Positions 1 to 11,600 of a DNA stretch of 64,000 nt are shown here, one piece after another (position 1 is the stretch's first letter; every line of letters begins with the position of its first letter). The stretch spans positions 60,361 to 124,360 of the IMG/VR virus record IMGVR_UViG_3300042305_002284. One strand, written 5' to 3'. The notes under the pieces were generated by a model. It searched no databases and was not told the origin of the DNA. It saw only the letters and a program-made list of their open reading frames with translations. The translations under genes and the position numbers were made by a program. The DNA is from a virus.

Positions 1-2
1 AT

Positions 3-695
3 TTCTTTGCCCTTGAAAAAAGTATGTATCAAACAATATCAGAGGAAATGATAAAGTTCTTTGGAACAATAACTGACTTCAATAATATTATTGGCAAGCC
101 ACAATACAGATACGAGAGAGAATATCGCGACTTGGTAAAACTAAGAGAAATGTTTTTCCAAAATGTTTCAAACTCTCCGGATTTAGAAAAATATGTTGAT
201 TATTTCAAATGGATTGATACATCAATAACCAAAATGATATACCAACTTGTGCCAGCAAGTGCTGATTTTTCTCCAAATATTTCAGATGTAGTGGAAAGTC
301 ATGTTTTAGAAAGAAATAAATATGCTTGGAAACTTCCTTCCATTGAACTAGGCGCCGAGCCGCCAATAACTTCTGTAAAAACCATTGGACAACTAAAATA
401 TAACTGGAAATATGGCCACGCACCCATTCCGCTAAATCAAAATAGAAACTGTCTTTGGTGGAAAGAAAGAAGTGAAAGAACGCCAGAACTTGATGGTATA
501 TTCCAAGCGTTATCAAGTGCTTATAAAAGAAAGTTTACAGAAGTGGCACATCTCGGAACAGATATCCAAATAGAAGTAAATAAAAATCCAAGCAACTTGG
601 ATGTTATAAAACCTATAACAAAAATCGGTTCAGGTGGATATTTAGAAATCGATATACTCAAAGTTATCGAGAAAAAAGATTGTTTGGACGAATAA
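3..695 (+). CDS. C-terminal part of a large virion structural protein (5'-truncated by window edge)
   Basis: Frame is open from base 3 (FFALEKS-MYQTISEE...), so the ATG at 24 is probably internal; ends 14 nt before the next gene, which has an AGGAG RBS; structural-gene context. Confidence 0.6.
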   Translation, partial: FFALEKSMYQTISEEMIKFFGTITDFNNIIGKPQYRYEREYRDLVKLREMFFQNVSNSPDLEKYVDYFKWIDTSITKMIYQLVPASADFSPNISDVVESHVLERNKYAWKLPSIELGAEPPITSVKTIGQLKYNWKYGHAPIPLNQNRNCLWWKERSERTPELDGIFQALSSAYKRKFTEVAHLGTDIQIEVNKNPSNLDVIKPITKIGSGGYLEIDILKVIEKKDCLDE

Positions 696-709
696 GGTAG
701 GAGAATATA

Positions 710-3700
710 ATGTCTGATTTCAACACAAGAGGTAAACTTCCGTTTACTATTGTTAGTTCTTCTGTGAATACCGGCTATGCTGCCGCTCTGACTGCAAGTG
801 TTGGTCGCAATATAGACATTGTAAACAAACACAAAGACGAATACGGACAGACAAAAGACTCTCCTGCACAAGGTCCATTTACAAATCAACATGTTGGTGG
901 TAATCAACACCGCCATCAACCAATAAATACTGGAAATGATAATCAGAATAACCGAGGAGAAGCATATATCGTATCTGCCTCTGCGGGAAGTATAAAAGTA
1001 TATGGACCAGATATAAATGGTTTAGATAAACCAAGAAGTCTTCTAACTCGCGATAATACGGCCAAGTCTCCGGTAAATATAAAAAATATACAAACAAGTG
1101 GAAATATTGCTGGTAACTTTGAATACAACTATCAAGTTGTTCAAAGTGTTGGCCGCAGAACTACAAACAATCTCATAAACGATGGTTTTGAAGCAAGTGG
1201 AAGTCTAACAACAAAGTTCGTTTCAGGTTCTCATGAAATATACACTCTTCCAAATATAACAAACAATAGTAAAAGTATATTTGTTGAGCGTTTCAATGCT
1301 CCCGGTGGAAAAGAAGAAAGTTCAAGAGGAGCACTTGATCGTGAAGGTGAAGAATTTTCGCCCAATAACTCTCTTACAACAAGAAACATAAAAGTCAGGC
1401 AGCCATATTATAATCAACTAACACAACATGCTGCACAGTTCAATAGTGGCAGCACAAATAAACTATTGCCAGACACAGGAATAACTGATGCCGTAACGGT
1501 TCATGGTGTAAACAGAAATACAATAGAAAAGGTTTTGACGTTTCCAGAAATAATGTCACAAAAATCAATATTGAGTGGCTCTTTGGCGACGGATTCTAAC
1601 GATAACTTTGGTTTTTCTATTGCAATGAACTCCACGGGTGATCGTGTGGTTGTTACTGCCTATACTGATGAGAAAATTAGTGGAAATTCTAACATTGGTT
1701 TGGCTTATGTGTTCATCAGTGGAACCGGTGGCTGGTCTGAACAACACATATTAAGCGGTTCTTTGGCAACAGGTTCTTCAGATCAGTTTGGCGATTCCGT
1801 AGCAATGAATGCTGATGGCGACAGAATAGTCGTTGGTGCTATTTTTGATGAAAAAAGTGGAAGTGCTAATAGTTCTGGTTTGGCTTATATATTCGTTAGT
1901 GGAACCGGTGGTTGGGCAGAACAACACATATTGAGCGGTTCATTGGCAACAGGTTCAAGCGATGGTTTTGGTAATTCTGTTGCTATCAATGCTACTGGTA
2001 ATTGTGTCGTGGTAGGAGCTAGAAATAATGAAAAAAGTGTCATCACCGCTAGTTCTGGTTTGGCTTATATATTCGTTAGTGGAACCGGTGGTTGGGGAGA
2101 ACAACACATATTGAGCGGTTCATTGGCAACAGGTTCTTTTGATTTTTTTGGCACTTCTGTTGCTATCAATGCTACTGGTAATTGTGTCGTGGTAGGAGCT
2201 AGAAGTGATGAAAAAATCAGTGGAAATAACAATACTGGTTTGGCTTATATCTTTGTCAGTGGAACCGGTGGTTGGGCAGAACAACACATACTGAGCGGCT
2301 CATTTGCTTTAGAGTCTGATGACTTTTTTGGCAATCACATTGCTATTAATGCCGCTGGTGACAGAATAGTGGTTGGTGCTTCTTTTGATGAAAAAAATAG
2401 TGGAAATATCAATACTGGCTTGGCTTATATATATGTCAGTGGGGCAAGTGGCTGGACAGAGCAACAGATATTGAGCGGCTCTCTGTCGACAGAAAGTAGC
2501 AATCAATTTGGCTATTCTGTTGCTATCAATAATAGCGGAGATCGCGTCGTTGTATCAGACACATATGATCTTGCGAGTGGTCAATCGGGTATTGTTTATC
2601 TGTTTGTTAGCGGAGCAAATGGTTGGACTCAAAGACATATATTTAGCGGTTCCTTATCAACAGAGCCAAATGACTTTTTTGGTTCTTCTGTTGTTATGAA
2701 TGCTGCCGGTAGTCGTGTTGTGATAGGCGCAACAAGTGATGAAAATATTATTGGAAATACCGAAACAGGTCTTGCTTATATATTTGATACAACGCAAGAA
2801 GAAGAAATAATCAATCTAACAACCCATGATAACTTCTGGGTTCAACACGCAATACCATCAACTGATCTAAGGTACAAATGGATTGCTGAATCTGTATCAA
2901 GCAGTCAACAACCAATACAATATCAAAGTTACAATCTGCCATATTCAACAGGTAGTTTATATAACTCCAATGGAGCATATACTGACATATCTTTTGAACA
3001 AACAGGACCATTTGGCGATCATTTAGGTATAAGTGGCGCTATTGATAAAGATGAAATGTTTACAAGCAATTATACAAATACAATGTATAGAGATAGAAAA
3101 TATTTATTCTTTACAGCAAGCAATGACTGTTTTATAAATGCTTCAAGTATAGCGCAAGAAATATCTGAAAAAGACTTTTCTGTTTCTTTTTGGGTAAGTT
3201 TTCCAACCAGCGCAAGCAATGGAGAAAAAACACTATTAGTCTATTCTGGTTCTTCAACTCAAAATGAACTTGTAATGAATGTTAGTTCTTCGCTTTGCGG
3301 TCTTACAATATCAGGATCTCAAACAACAACAGAATATCAACTTAGTTCAAGTTTATTAGATAGTTCTTGGCATTTAGTAACAGTAACAAGTGATGTTACA
3401 ACGAGAACGCGAAGAATAACAACTGTTGCTGGCAGCGTTATTGAAACAACATCATTCCCAACTGTTACAAATGTTTATTTAGATGGCGGCTTGGTTAGCA
3501 GAATTTCACAGCCAAATAAAATATTCAACCTTTCTCAAATAACACTTTCAGTTGGTAGAGGTTCTGAACTTCAAGGTGGAAGTTTAGATGAAGTATATTT
3601 CTGGAATAAAGCTCTAACAGAGCAAGAGATAGTAGAAATATATAGAACAACAAAATCTGATTATGACAAACAGCCAAAGAAATATGCCGAACATAAGTTG

Positions 3701-6700
3701 GATAATAGCGATATTCCAACTCCAACACACGGTTATTCGTCCGACATAGAAAAGAATACAACAACACTATTAGATCTTGTTGGAGGAAAAAATCTAACTC
3801 TTGTAAACTTTACTTCATCTGTAAATATTCGCCCACAAAACAGCGGAATAATAAGCTATTCTACATACTTCAATGGCCCATATGAAGGAGCAAGTTGGAA
3901 AAGTATAAGAAACAATGAACATCCAGTAACAAGAAAGCTAACAACAGAAAATACAAATATTGTTTCAGTAAGAATACCAGAAGGAACAAAGAAAGTAACA
4001 AAAGTTGTTAGAGGTATTCCAGTAACTTTCCAACTTCCTGGTTCAAGAAAACAAGGACAACTATTAAATGTAAAAGAAAGTCCTGTTTATATAAATAATA
4101 AACCACTAAAACACAGGTTTATACTAAAAGATTCACAAGATCAAAATGTTGCCATAGAAACAATACACACATATGGAAATAACCTGCAATATTTTGCTAA
4201 CCAACAACTAAATGATACACTTGGTCTTCTAAAAACAGATCGTCAAATATATAATGTTCTTTATGACTACTATTCTGGAGAAACAGAAGAAATAGAAAAT
4301 CCAATACAAAAGCTTGTTGGATATACCTATTCTGAAACTATTTTTCCAAAACCGGGAACAGGACTACTAAAAGAAACTCGTCAAAGAACTGACTATATTA
4401 CAGATCAGCCAGGTTATAGTATTGATGGTTATGACCGTCAACTTGGAACTCAGCGTGTATTTTGGAGAGACAGCCAAGAAGATCGCATGAGAACCCGTAG
4501 AGCATACATTACTTCACTTGGAGATCAAGTTGAGAGTTTGTATGACCTACCGTTTCAAACACCAAGTGTTGCCGCGCTTGAATATGTAAGTGAAAGTAAT
4601 ACGATAGAATATAGTAATACTACGGCTGACCCTTGTTACGAGTCGCTTGTTGATTTTTCGTATAAAAATTGTTCAGAATTGTTTCAAAACTATCAACATC
4701 AAGACACCAGTTATTGCAATGCCGGCGCCGTTCAAGAATATTATAGATTTGTTCGCCCTGTCGTTCAAGTGCCGGAACTTTATTTTTTTGAAGACATCAA
4801 CAATACTAGTCGGGATAATGAAAATGTAATTCTCAACATCAATGCTGTTAGTGCTATATATAGCGACGTGGTTGATAGTGACCCTTCTTCTTTGAGAATA
4901 ATTCCATCATATATCTATCAACACGCTGAATGGATAACTGACTCATCGCTAATGTTATCTGATTTTAGTCAAACTATATACGAAAGAACGACAAACGATC
5001 TTGGTCTAAATAGGGTAACAGAAAAAATATCCGGTAAAAATCCGTGGTATGATTCTTATGAAGATTATTATATTGATATAAAAAACCTATCAAATGATAA
5101 ACTTGTTTCATATTCTAAGATACCAGAATTTATTATATCAAACCATATTTCAAGTCTTGTTGGAGAATATGGTGGAGATGCAACAAAAATAACTATTGAC
5201 GAATATACAGATAATTTACAATTTACATATAAAAAATCTATTGATAGAGAAAATAAAGACATATGTGAAGAAGATACCATAAATATTGTTGTTGATAGCG
5301 TGAAAAAGCTTCTGCCATATAATGGTTTCTATCCACAAGATCGCAGTTTGCAACTTGTAAATTATTTGAAAGAGTCTTGGTTGGATACCAGTGCGATAAG
5401 AGGCGGCATATACCTAAGATACAACGCAAGCACCGGTTTTGCCATAGAAGATGTAACAGAAGGTAAATTAGCATCTTATTATAAAATTGCTTCTTTTTTG
5501 GAGCCTCTTTATTCTCCTGGAATATTTTACAATTTGATCAAGTCTGGCATAGCAGTCGATTGGTCGCTATACACAGGAAGTCTACCAGGAAACTTTTCAG
5601 GTGACGTTCTTACACCGCTACAAGATAAGCCACAATTTAGAGTATCTTTTGAGGATCTTGTGAATTTGAGATTTATAAATTCTTCAAGCATTTCTTCTCA
5701 AAACAGATTTATGAAATATAAAGAAGTTAATTTTCCACAAAATGCTGGTGACTATTCTTATCCTGCAAGTGCTTATTTTGATGGTTATTTCGGAGCGAAT
5801 AGTTCTTCTTTATCAAGTGCTGTTTATACTCTTTCTATAAATAACTTTTTGGCAGAAAGTATAAACTTTTTTCTAAAAGACTCCTCGCTAAATACATTTA
5901 TATCAAAGCCTGATTCTGATTTCGCCACTCTTGATAGCAGTAAGACATATTATATGGATATTGTTTTGAGAAAAAATGACATCGTCATGTGCGAAGCACA
6001 TTCATCTTCGCTTGCTGATAGCTTTGGTAAAATGAGTGGCAGATATTTTGGTCCATCATTTTGGACTGGCTCGGTAGCAGACGAGACAAGAATAGGAAAT
6101 GGCAGACTGCTAAATGAAACACTAAGAGATCCCGGATACTGTTCTTATACACCACCATATTACTATGGCGACTCAGTTGCAAGAATATCTTTCAAACCAG
6201 ATACAACAAGAAAATATAGTCTTGATGAAATATTTGCTGACATGCAAATTGAAAACTTCAACACTTCTTTTACAAACAACTCGGTTTATCCATCTGGCAG
6301 TCTTTATTCGTCATTTGTAATGCCTATTGAATCTTCTGTAACAATAAAAGGCGAAATAGAGCAAAGAGAACAAACAGTTGATATAGCATCAAGAAATGCT
6401 GTTTTGGCCAATGCGGTAAGAAAAAACCTACAAAATCTTGTTGGCACAGCAACAAGTCAAACAGGTATAAAACGATGGGTTATTTCTCCGAAAATGGAGA
6501 CGCCTGTTCTTGATTTCTCAAATCAAGAGTTTATAATATCAACAAATATTTTGACGCAATCATTTGCAGACCAACAAATAAAAGACTTTGAACCAACTCA
6601 CGCTCCTCCAACTGCCAGTGGTTTTGGAAGAGGAATGTGGAGCGGCTATGGTGAAATACCAACAGGTGAAAAAGGTATTTTCCTTGAACTTCGTGAAAGT

Positions 6701-7561
6701 TACCCACGACAACTTGTAAGAGTTCTCAATCCAATAACAAGACAGTTTGTTGAAACAAACACTGGTTCACTATTGCAAGCATGTGGTTTCCAGCAAACCA
6801 ATGACAAACTTTCAAAGAGAATCGGCGAACTTGCTGACACAAGAGAAATATCAGAAGCAATAGTTATAATACCATATCTTGATACAGCGTCAACAGGCAA
6901 AACAATAAGATTTGGTGGCGGGTTTTCAACCCTAACAGTAAATGATACTGTTGAGATAGAGGGGCACAACTTTATAAAAATAAATCAAAATATATTCAAC
7001 TACCAAAAAACAAATGTGTTGGCAAACAAACCAGCAGTTGATCTCACAGACTTCTCTGTTGGCAACACAAAGATACAAGAAACAAGTATCAGCAGAATGT
7101 TGGAGTTGATGAGCAAATATGTCCTACCGCCAAACTTTGACTTCCTACTAAACAACGATGTAACGCCATTTGTTATGTATATTGCTGAGTTTACAAGTAC
7201 GCTTGATAAACAAGATCTTGCCGATATTTGGCAGGGTGTAATGCCGAAAATAGCAACAAGAGCAGAGTGGGAAAAGCAAGTTATATCTCACAAGAATACA
7301 CAGTTTGATTTCTTTCATGGTCAAGGCTTGCCAGAAGATGTCAAGTTCATGATCTTCAAAGCGAAGAAGAGAGCAGAAATAAACTATTACAAGATGGCTG
7401 CTGATTCAAGTGATGACGGATTGTTCCCATCTATTCAAGCAGGCAAACCACCATCACCATATAGTTTCAACTGGCCTTATGACTATTGTTCTCTTGTTGA
7501 AACAGCAAGAGTTGATGTAGAAATAGAATATATAAATAAATCGGGAAGCAATAACACATGA
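710..7561 (+). CDS. 2283-aa virion structural/adhesin-like protein with a 7-bladed FG-GAP beta-propeller and a LamG/concanavalin-like domain
   Basis: AGGAG RBS at ~699; seven ~60-aa repeats ILSGSLAT..D.FG.SVA.N..G.R.VVGA..DE....GLAYIF; LamG-like motifs FSVSFWV, WHLVTVT, VYLDG, GSLDEVYFWNKALTEQEI. Confidence 0.75.
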   Translation: MSDFNTRGKLPFTIVSSSVNTGYAAALTASVGRNIDIVNKHKDEYGQTKDSPAQGPFTNQHVGGNQHRHQPINTGNDNQNNRGEAYIVSASAGSIKVYGPDINGLDKPRSLLTRDNTAKSPVNIKNIQTSGNIAGNFEYNYQVVQSVGRRTTNNLINDGFEASGSLTTKFVSGSHEIYTLPNITNNSKSIFVERFNAPGGKEESSRGALDREGEEFSPNNSLTTRNIKVRQPYYNQLTQHAAQFNSGSTNKLLPDTGITDAVTVHGVNRNTIEKVLTFPEIMSQKSILSGSLATDSNDNFGFSIAMNSTGDRVVVTAYTDEKISGNSNIGLAYVFISGTGGWSEQHILSGSLATGSSDQFGDSVAMNADGDRIVVGAIFDEKSGSANSSGLAYIFVSGTGGWAEQHILSGSLATGSSDGFGNSVAINATGNCVVVGARNNEKSVITASSGLAYIFVSGTGGWGEQHILSGSLATGSFDFFGTSVAINATGNCVVVGARSDEKISGNNNTGLAYIFVSGTGGWAEQHILSGSFALESDDFFGNHIAINAAGDRIVVGASFDEKNSGNINTGLAYIYVSGASGWTEQQILSGSLSTESSNQFGYSVAINNSGDRVVVSDTYDLASGQSGIVYLFVSGANGWTQRHIFSGSLSTEPNDFFGSSVVMNAAGSRVVIGATSDENIIGNTETGLAYIFDTTQEEEIINLTTHDNFWVQHAIPSTDLRYKWIAESVSSSQQPIQYQSYNLPYSTGSLYNSNGAYTDISFEQTGPFGDHLGISGAIDKDEMFTSNYTNTMYRDRKYLFFTASNDCFINASSIAQEISEKDFSVSFWVSFPTSASNGEKTLLVYSGSSTQNELVMNVSSSLCGLTISGSQTTTEYQLSSSLLDSSWHLVTVTSDVTTRTRRITTVAGSVIETTSFPTVTNVYLDGGLVSRISQPNKIFNLSQITLSVGRGSELQGGSLDEVYFWNKALTEQEIVEIYRTTKSDYDKQPKKYAEHKLDNSDIPTPTHGYSSDIEKNTTTLLDLVGGKNLTLVNFTSSVNIRPQNSGIISYSTYFNGPYEGASWKSIRNNEHPVTRKLTTENTNIVSVRIPEGTKKVTKVVRGIPVTFQLPGSRKQGQLLNVKESPVYINNKPLKHRFILKDSQDQNVAIETIHTYGNNLQYFANQQLNDTLGLLKTDRQIYNVLYDYYSGETEEIENPIQKLVGYTYSETIFPKPGTGLLKETRQRTDYITDQPGYSIDGYDRQLGTQRVFWRDSQEDRMRTRRAYITSLGDQVESLYDLPFQTPSVAALEYVSESNTIEYSNTTADPCYESLVDFSYKNCSELFQNYQHQDTSYCNAGAVQEYYRFVRPVVQVPELYFFEDINNTSRDNENVILNINAVSAIYSDVVDSDPSSLRIIPSYIYQHAEWITDSSLMLSDFSQTIYERTTNDLGLNRVTEKISGKNPWYDSYEDYYIDIKNLSNDKLVSYSKIPEFIISNHISSLVGEYGGDATKITIDEYTDNLQFTYKKSIDRENKDICEEDTINIVVDSVKKLLPYNGFYPQDRSLQLVNYLKESWLDTSAIRGGIYLRYNASTGFAIEDVTEGKLASYYKIASFLEPLYSPGIFYNLIKSGIAVDWSLYTGSLPGNFSGDVLTPLQDKPQFRVSFEDLVNLRFINSSSISSQNRFMKYKEVNFPQNAGDYSYPASAYFDGYFGANSSSLSSAVYTLSINNFLAESINFFLKDSSLNTFISKPDSDFATLDSSKTYYMDIVLRKNDIVMCEAHSSSLADSFGKMSGRYFGPSFWTGSVADETRIGNGRLLNETLRDPGYCSYTPPYYYGDSVARISFKPDTTRKYSLDEIFADMQIENFNTSFTNNSVYPSGSLYSSFVMPIESSVTIKGEIEQREQTVDIASRNAVLANAVRKNLQNLVGTATSQTGIKRWVISPKMETPVLDFSNQEFIISTNILTQSFADQQIKDFEPTHAPPTASGFGRGMWSGYGEIPTGEKGIFLELRESYPRQLVRVLNPITRQFVETNTGSLLQACGFQQTNDKLSKRIGELADTREISEAIVIIPYLDTASTGKTIRFGGGFSTLTVNDTVEIEGHNFIKINQNIFNYQKTNVLANKPAVDLTDFSVGNTKIQETSISRMLELMSKYVLPPNFDFLLNNDVTPFVMYIAEFTSTLDKQDLADIWQGVMPKIATRAEWEKQVISHKNTQFDFFHGQGLPEDVKFMIFKAKKRAEINYYKMAADSSDDGLFPSIQAGKPPSPYSFNWPYDYCSLVETARVDVEIEYINKSGSNNT
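1567..2790 (+). repeat. Seven tandem ~180-nt FG-GAP repeats (intragenic)
   Basis: 180-nt periodicity; ~1870-2020 and ~2050-2200 are nearly identical at DNA level. Confidence 0.9.
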
Positions 7562-8589
7562 CCTATTTCAATCAAAAAGAAGAAGTTATACAAATAGAAC
7601 TAACCCAGTATGGAAAATATCTTCTTTCCCGTGGAAAACTAAAACCAGCATATTATGCTTTCTTTGATGATGATATTATATATGATGCAAGATATGCCGG
7701 CGTTGATGAAAATGGCGGCACAGCAGTTGAAAGAATAAAGTCTATTCCAAGAACAAAAACACAATATGTTTTTACTGGAATAGAAGAGCAAGTAAAAAAG
7801 AACCTTGAACTTATAAGAAACAACAGAGAGTCAATAAGTTCTATAAAGTTTTTGCCAACAGCAGACAAACATCATGTATTGAATAAAAGACTTGGAACTT
7901 CGTTTCTTGGAGATATAAGGGCACCTTCTCTAAACATCACAATGCTTAGTGGAGAAATAGAATCAACTGTTCTTTTACAAACAGGATCTCTTGACAATAT
8001 CCCTCTTGTAAAAATACCATTGCTAAACCTAAAAGACACAGAATATACAATATCTGCTAAAAAACAAAATGAAATAATACCTGGCGATAATGTAAAACAA
8101 CTAAAAGCATATGCAGACGGCACAGCACTGGTTCTCAGTGAAGAATATATTCTAATAGAAATAATAGAGGGTAATGTTGAAAATGAAATGAAAAACTTTG
8201 ATGTAGAAATGTTTCTATGCGAAGAAGATCCATCAACAGGAGAAGAAACATATACTACATTACATTTTGATAAAAAATATGAAGACTATAAAAATGGCAT
8301 TTTGCTTGATCCACAAGAAACAGACCCGGAAACAAAAAGTATATTAGAACAAGAAAAAAGCGCAGATCAACTACGAGTTCAAAACTATTTCAATATATTA
8401 GTTGATGAAGAGATAGAAAAAAATCTTATCTGCAAGTTACTTACTAATGTAAAACAACAAAATAATCTTTACGATCCGCAGTTTGATTGTAGTGAGTATA
8501 ATGAAGCAGAAGAACAAAAACGCAGACAGCAAGAAGTTCAAGATCTTTATTCTCCTTCCTACAATGAAAACGATGTAAAGAAGTGCTAA
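7558..8589 (+). CDS. Virion structural protein (baseplate/tail-collar-like N-terminus)
   Basis: ATGA overlap with upstream gene; N-terminus IELTQYGKYLLSRG..KPAYYAFFDDDIIY resembles the N-terminus of the 14932 protein. Confidence 0.55.
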   Translation: MTYFNQKEEVIQIELTQYGKYLLSRGKLKPAYYAFFDDDIIYDARYAGVDENGGTAVERIKSIPRTKTQYVFTGIEEQVKKNLELIRNNRESISSIKFLPTADKHHVLNKRLGTSFLGDIRAPSLNITMLSGEIESTVLLQTGSLDNIPLVKIPLLNLKDTEYTISAKKQNEIIPGDNVKQLKAYADGTALVLSEEYILIEIIEGNVENEMKNFDVEMFLCEEDPSTGEETYTTLHFDKKYEDYKNGILLDPQETDPETKSILEQEKSADQLRVQNYFNILVDEEIEKNLICKLLTNVKQQNNLYDPQFDCSEYNEAEEQKRRQQEVQDLYSPSYNENDVKKC

Positions 8590-8602
8590 TGAGGTATAAT
8601 AA

Positions 8603-11600
8603 GTGACTGCTACAACCCAAGAAGAAGTATTGTCAGGTATTCTTCCAAAAGTAAATATCAATAAAATAACGCTAACAAGTCCAGATGAAAGAATACTGAA
8701 TGTATCCTTGGACCTAACAATAAAAGAAACTCTGGATGATGGCTTTTTTGGCAGTTGGTTTGAGGATATAAATATAAACAAATATATTCTTGTTGAAATA
8801 GTCCAGTCCACTGATGCCGCAGTAACAGAAGCACTATCGTATTCAAACGATATGATACAACTTTGTAATCTACAAAGACAACTAAAAATAGACGATACAA
8901 GAACAAAAGCACTTGCTTATATAACACAAAACAATAAAGTAAGTGATCTACTTGCACTTCTTGAAGATAAAACAAAGCGCGAAACTATATCTATAAATAA
9001 ATCTGAAACAAAAATAACAGAAAACATCGCTTATACCAATAGTGATGGTGATAAAATATACGAAATACCTTATAAAGTTCAGTTTTCGCTTGACAAGCAG
9101 CCAGAACATTTAGCATATTTTGCTGTTTGTTCCATTGATTTAGATGCTTTGTGTGCTGATTTGAATATAGATTATGATGTTGCTGAATCATTTGAGGAAA
9201 ATGGAAGAGTTGTAAGCGAGATTGTAATAGATGAATTTAATGTTGTAAGTGAAACTTATGTTTATGTCGATAAAAATGGAGTTGTTTGGACCGGTCCGGT
9301 GCATGAAACAGAACAGGGTCTATGGCGTAGCGGAGACGATGAAACAAGCGAATCTATAAATCTTGACAGAATACTTGTAACCAACACAAAAGTTCAAGAT
9401 TTTCGCAGATTCAACCGTATAGAAAGATTGATGGTTGATTTCAATAATGTAAATAGTAGATATGTTGATGGTTCGTTGGTTCAAGATTTTTCCTTGTTGA
9501 CAGAAACAACAGCAAACAATATAACAAAAATACAATCTGTTGATTATAAGCCAGACAGATATACGGCGCAGTTTACCGAAGCGTTTTCTTCAACAGATGC
9601 TAATGGAAACTATAAGTTTTTATTTGGAGTAAACTTTTTAGAAGTTTTGAAAAGTCATTCAAGATTTGCAAAACTTTTTGAGACAAATAGTGATACATTC
9701 AAAGAAGAAAGCATTCAAAATACAAGAATATTAGATTTAAAACTTTATAGAACAAGAATAAAAAATGCTGATAGCAAGCCTTATGAAAAACTAAATCCAG
9801 AAGAGCCAGACGAGTTGATATTACAGACAAAAGATATATCTTGGAAGAACTTTATAAACATAAACAATGATCTGTCAGCAATAAAAGAAGCAGATATTCT
9901 TACAAATAATACAAACAACTTTATAAGATATTTTACTGGTATAGATAAAACTTTCAAAAACTTGTCTGACGGTGTTTATCAATATAAGATTGATTTTGAA
10001 ATAGAAGATGGAGTTGTTGAGTTTATACAAGATAAACTATCGCAACTTGAAATCGCAAAAAAACAACTGGTTGAATATTCAAATAAAATCAGCAAGCCAA
10101 CTATGAGAAAATTCATTGTAGACAATACCAATCCACATATTGAATCGCCAAGTGAATATTCGCAAAACTCTCTTGTAATGGATTATGGTTATGATATTGT
10201 TACCAATAAACTATCTCCACAACTTATTTCAAAAACTATAAGAGAATACGGTGGAATAACTTCTATTACAGCGCCATGGAACACATGTTCTGCCACTCTT
10301 GCTTATATTTTAGATATTTTTAGTTCTGAAATATCAACAGAGCAAGATAGAGAAGAAATAGTGCGCTCTATTTTTGACATGTTGAGTCCCAACTCTACCA
10401 ATCCACAAATAGTTGCCAGAGCAATAGAGATGATAGATTATTTTATAACCAATATATCAAAAACATTTGATATAACTGTTGGCGATAATAGTTTTGCTTC
10501 TAATACAACTTCAACTATTAGTTCAAAAACTAATAAAACTTTCAAAACCACAAAAGTTCTTGAAGGCGTTGGCGATACATCTATATCAAAATCATTCGGT
10601 ATTGACTATCTGTCTAACACAACCTCTCAGCCAACCGGAGAAGAAGGATTGCTTGTTTTATCTTCCCAGCACATGTTGACAAGAACTCAAAATGAAATGT
10701 CAAAGTTTTTTACAACACAAGATCCAAATATATCTTTTTCCAATACCGGTGATAACTTTCAAGACTTGAAATATTCCTATTTTACTCCAACAAGAATAGA
10801 CTTCCCAAACAAAACAACTGTTTTATCAAGACTTGATAATGATAACTCGCAGGGAAATACAAGAAGCATAGATTATTTTTATGAAAATGCGAACAACTTT
10901 ACAAAAGCAGTTTCCTTACAAGCCGACATAATCAACTTCAAACTTGATGTTGGAGGAAAGAATAGATTTTTACCAGAAACAAAAAAACAATCTTCACAAG
11001 AACAACTAACTCCGGCACAAAGAAGAGGACAAGCATTAGAACAAAAAGACATTTCAATAAATAAAATGAAACAAGTTCTTGCAGAATATTCCAGCACAAC
11101 ATTTATGGGATATTCTGTATCGCAAGAAGTCAATGTGGAAGGTCAGCAAAACATAACTCAACTTGAAAGATTTATGAGTTCTTTGAGTTCTGATGCTCTT
11201 CGTCTGAAACAAACATTTGGCTATAAAAAATCAAAAAATAGCAGCACATTTGTTCCGAACTATGTTGAAGAAGATTACATAAGAAATCTATCCGAACTAA
11301 ATCCAAATAGCATAAGAATATCAAATGATCGCATAACAGGCTTTCGAAAGGTCTTTCCAGTCTCACTACTTGGAAATGTGCCAAATCAACTAAGGGCTAT
11401 CATATTCAAGCCACAAGAACTACAAGTAGATATAGCGAGTTCTATAACAAATACAAATAATACTTACAGTATAAATGTTGTAAATAAAGCAAAAAACTAT
11501 TTTCATTTTGAGATGATCGCACAGATTGAATATCTTGAAGGATTTGACACGACACAAAGTTCAAGCGATCAATCAACAATGAACCCGGTTTGGAAAACTC

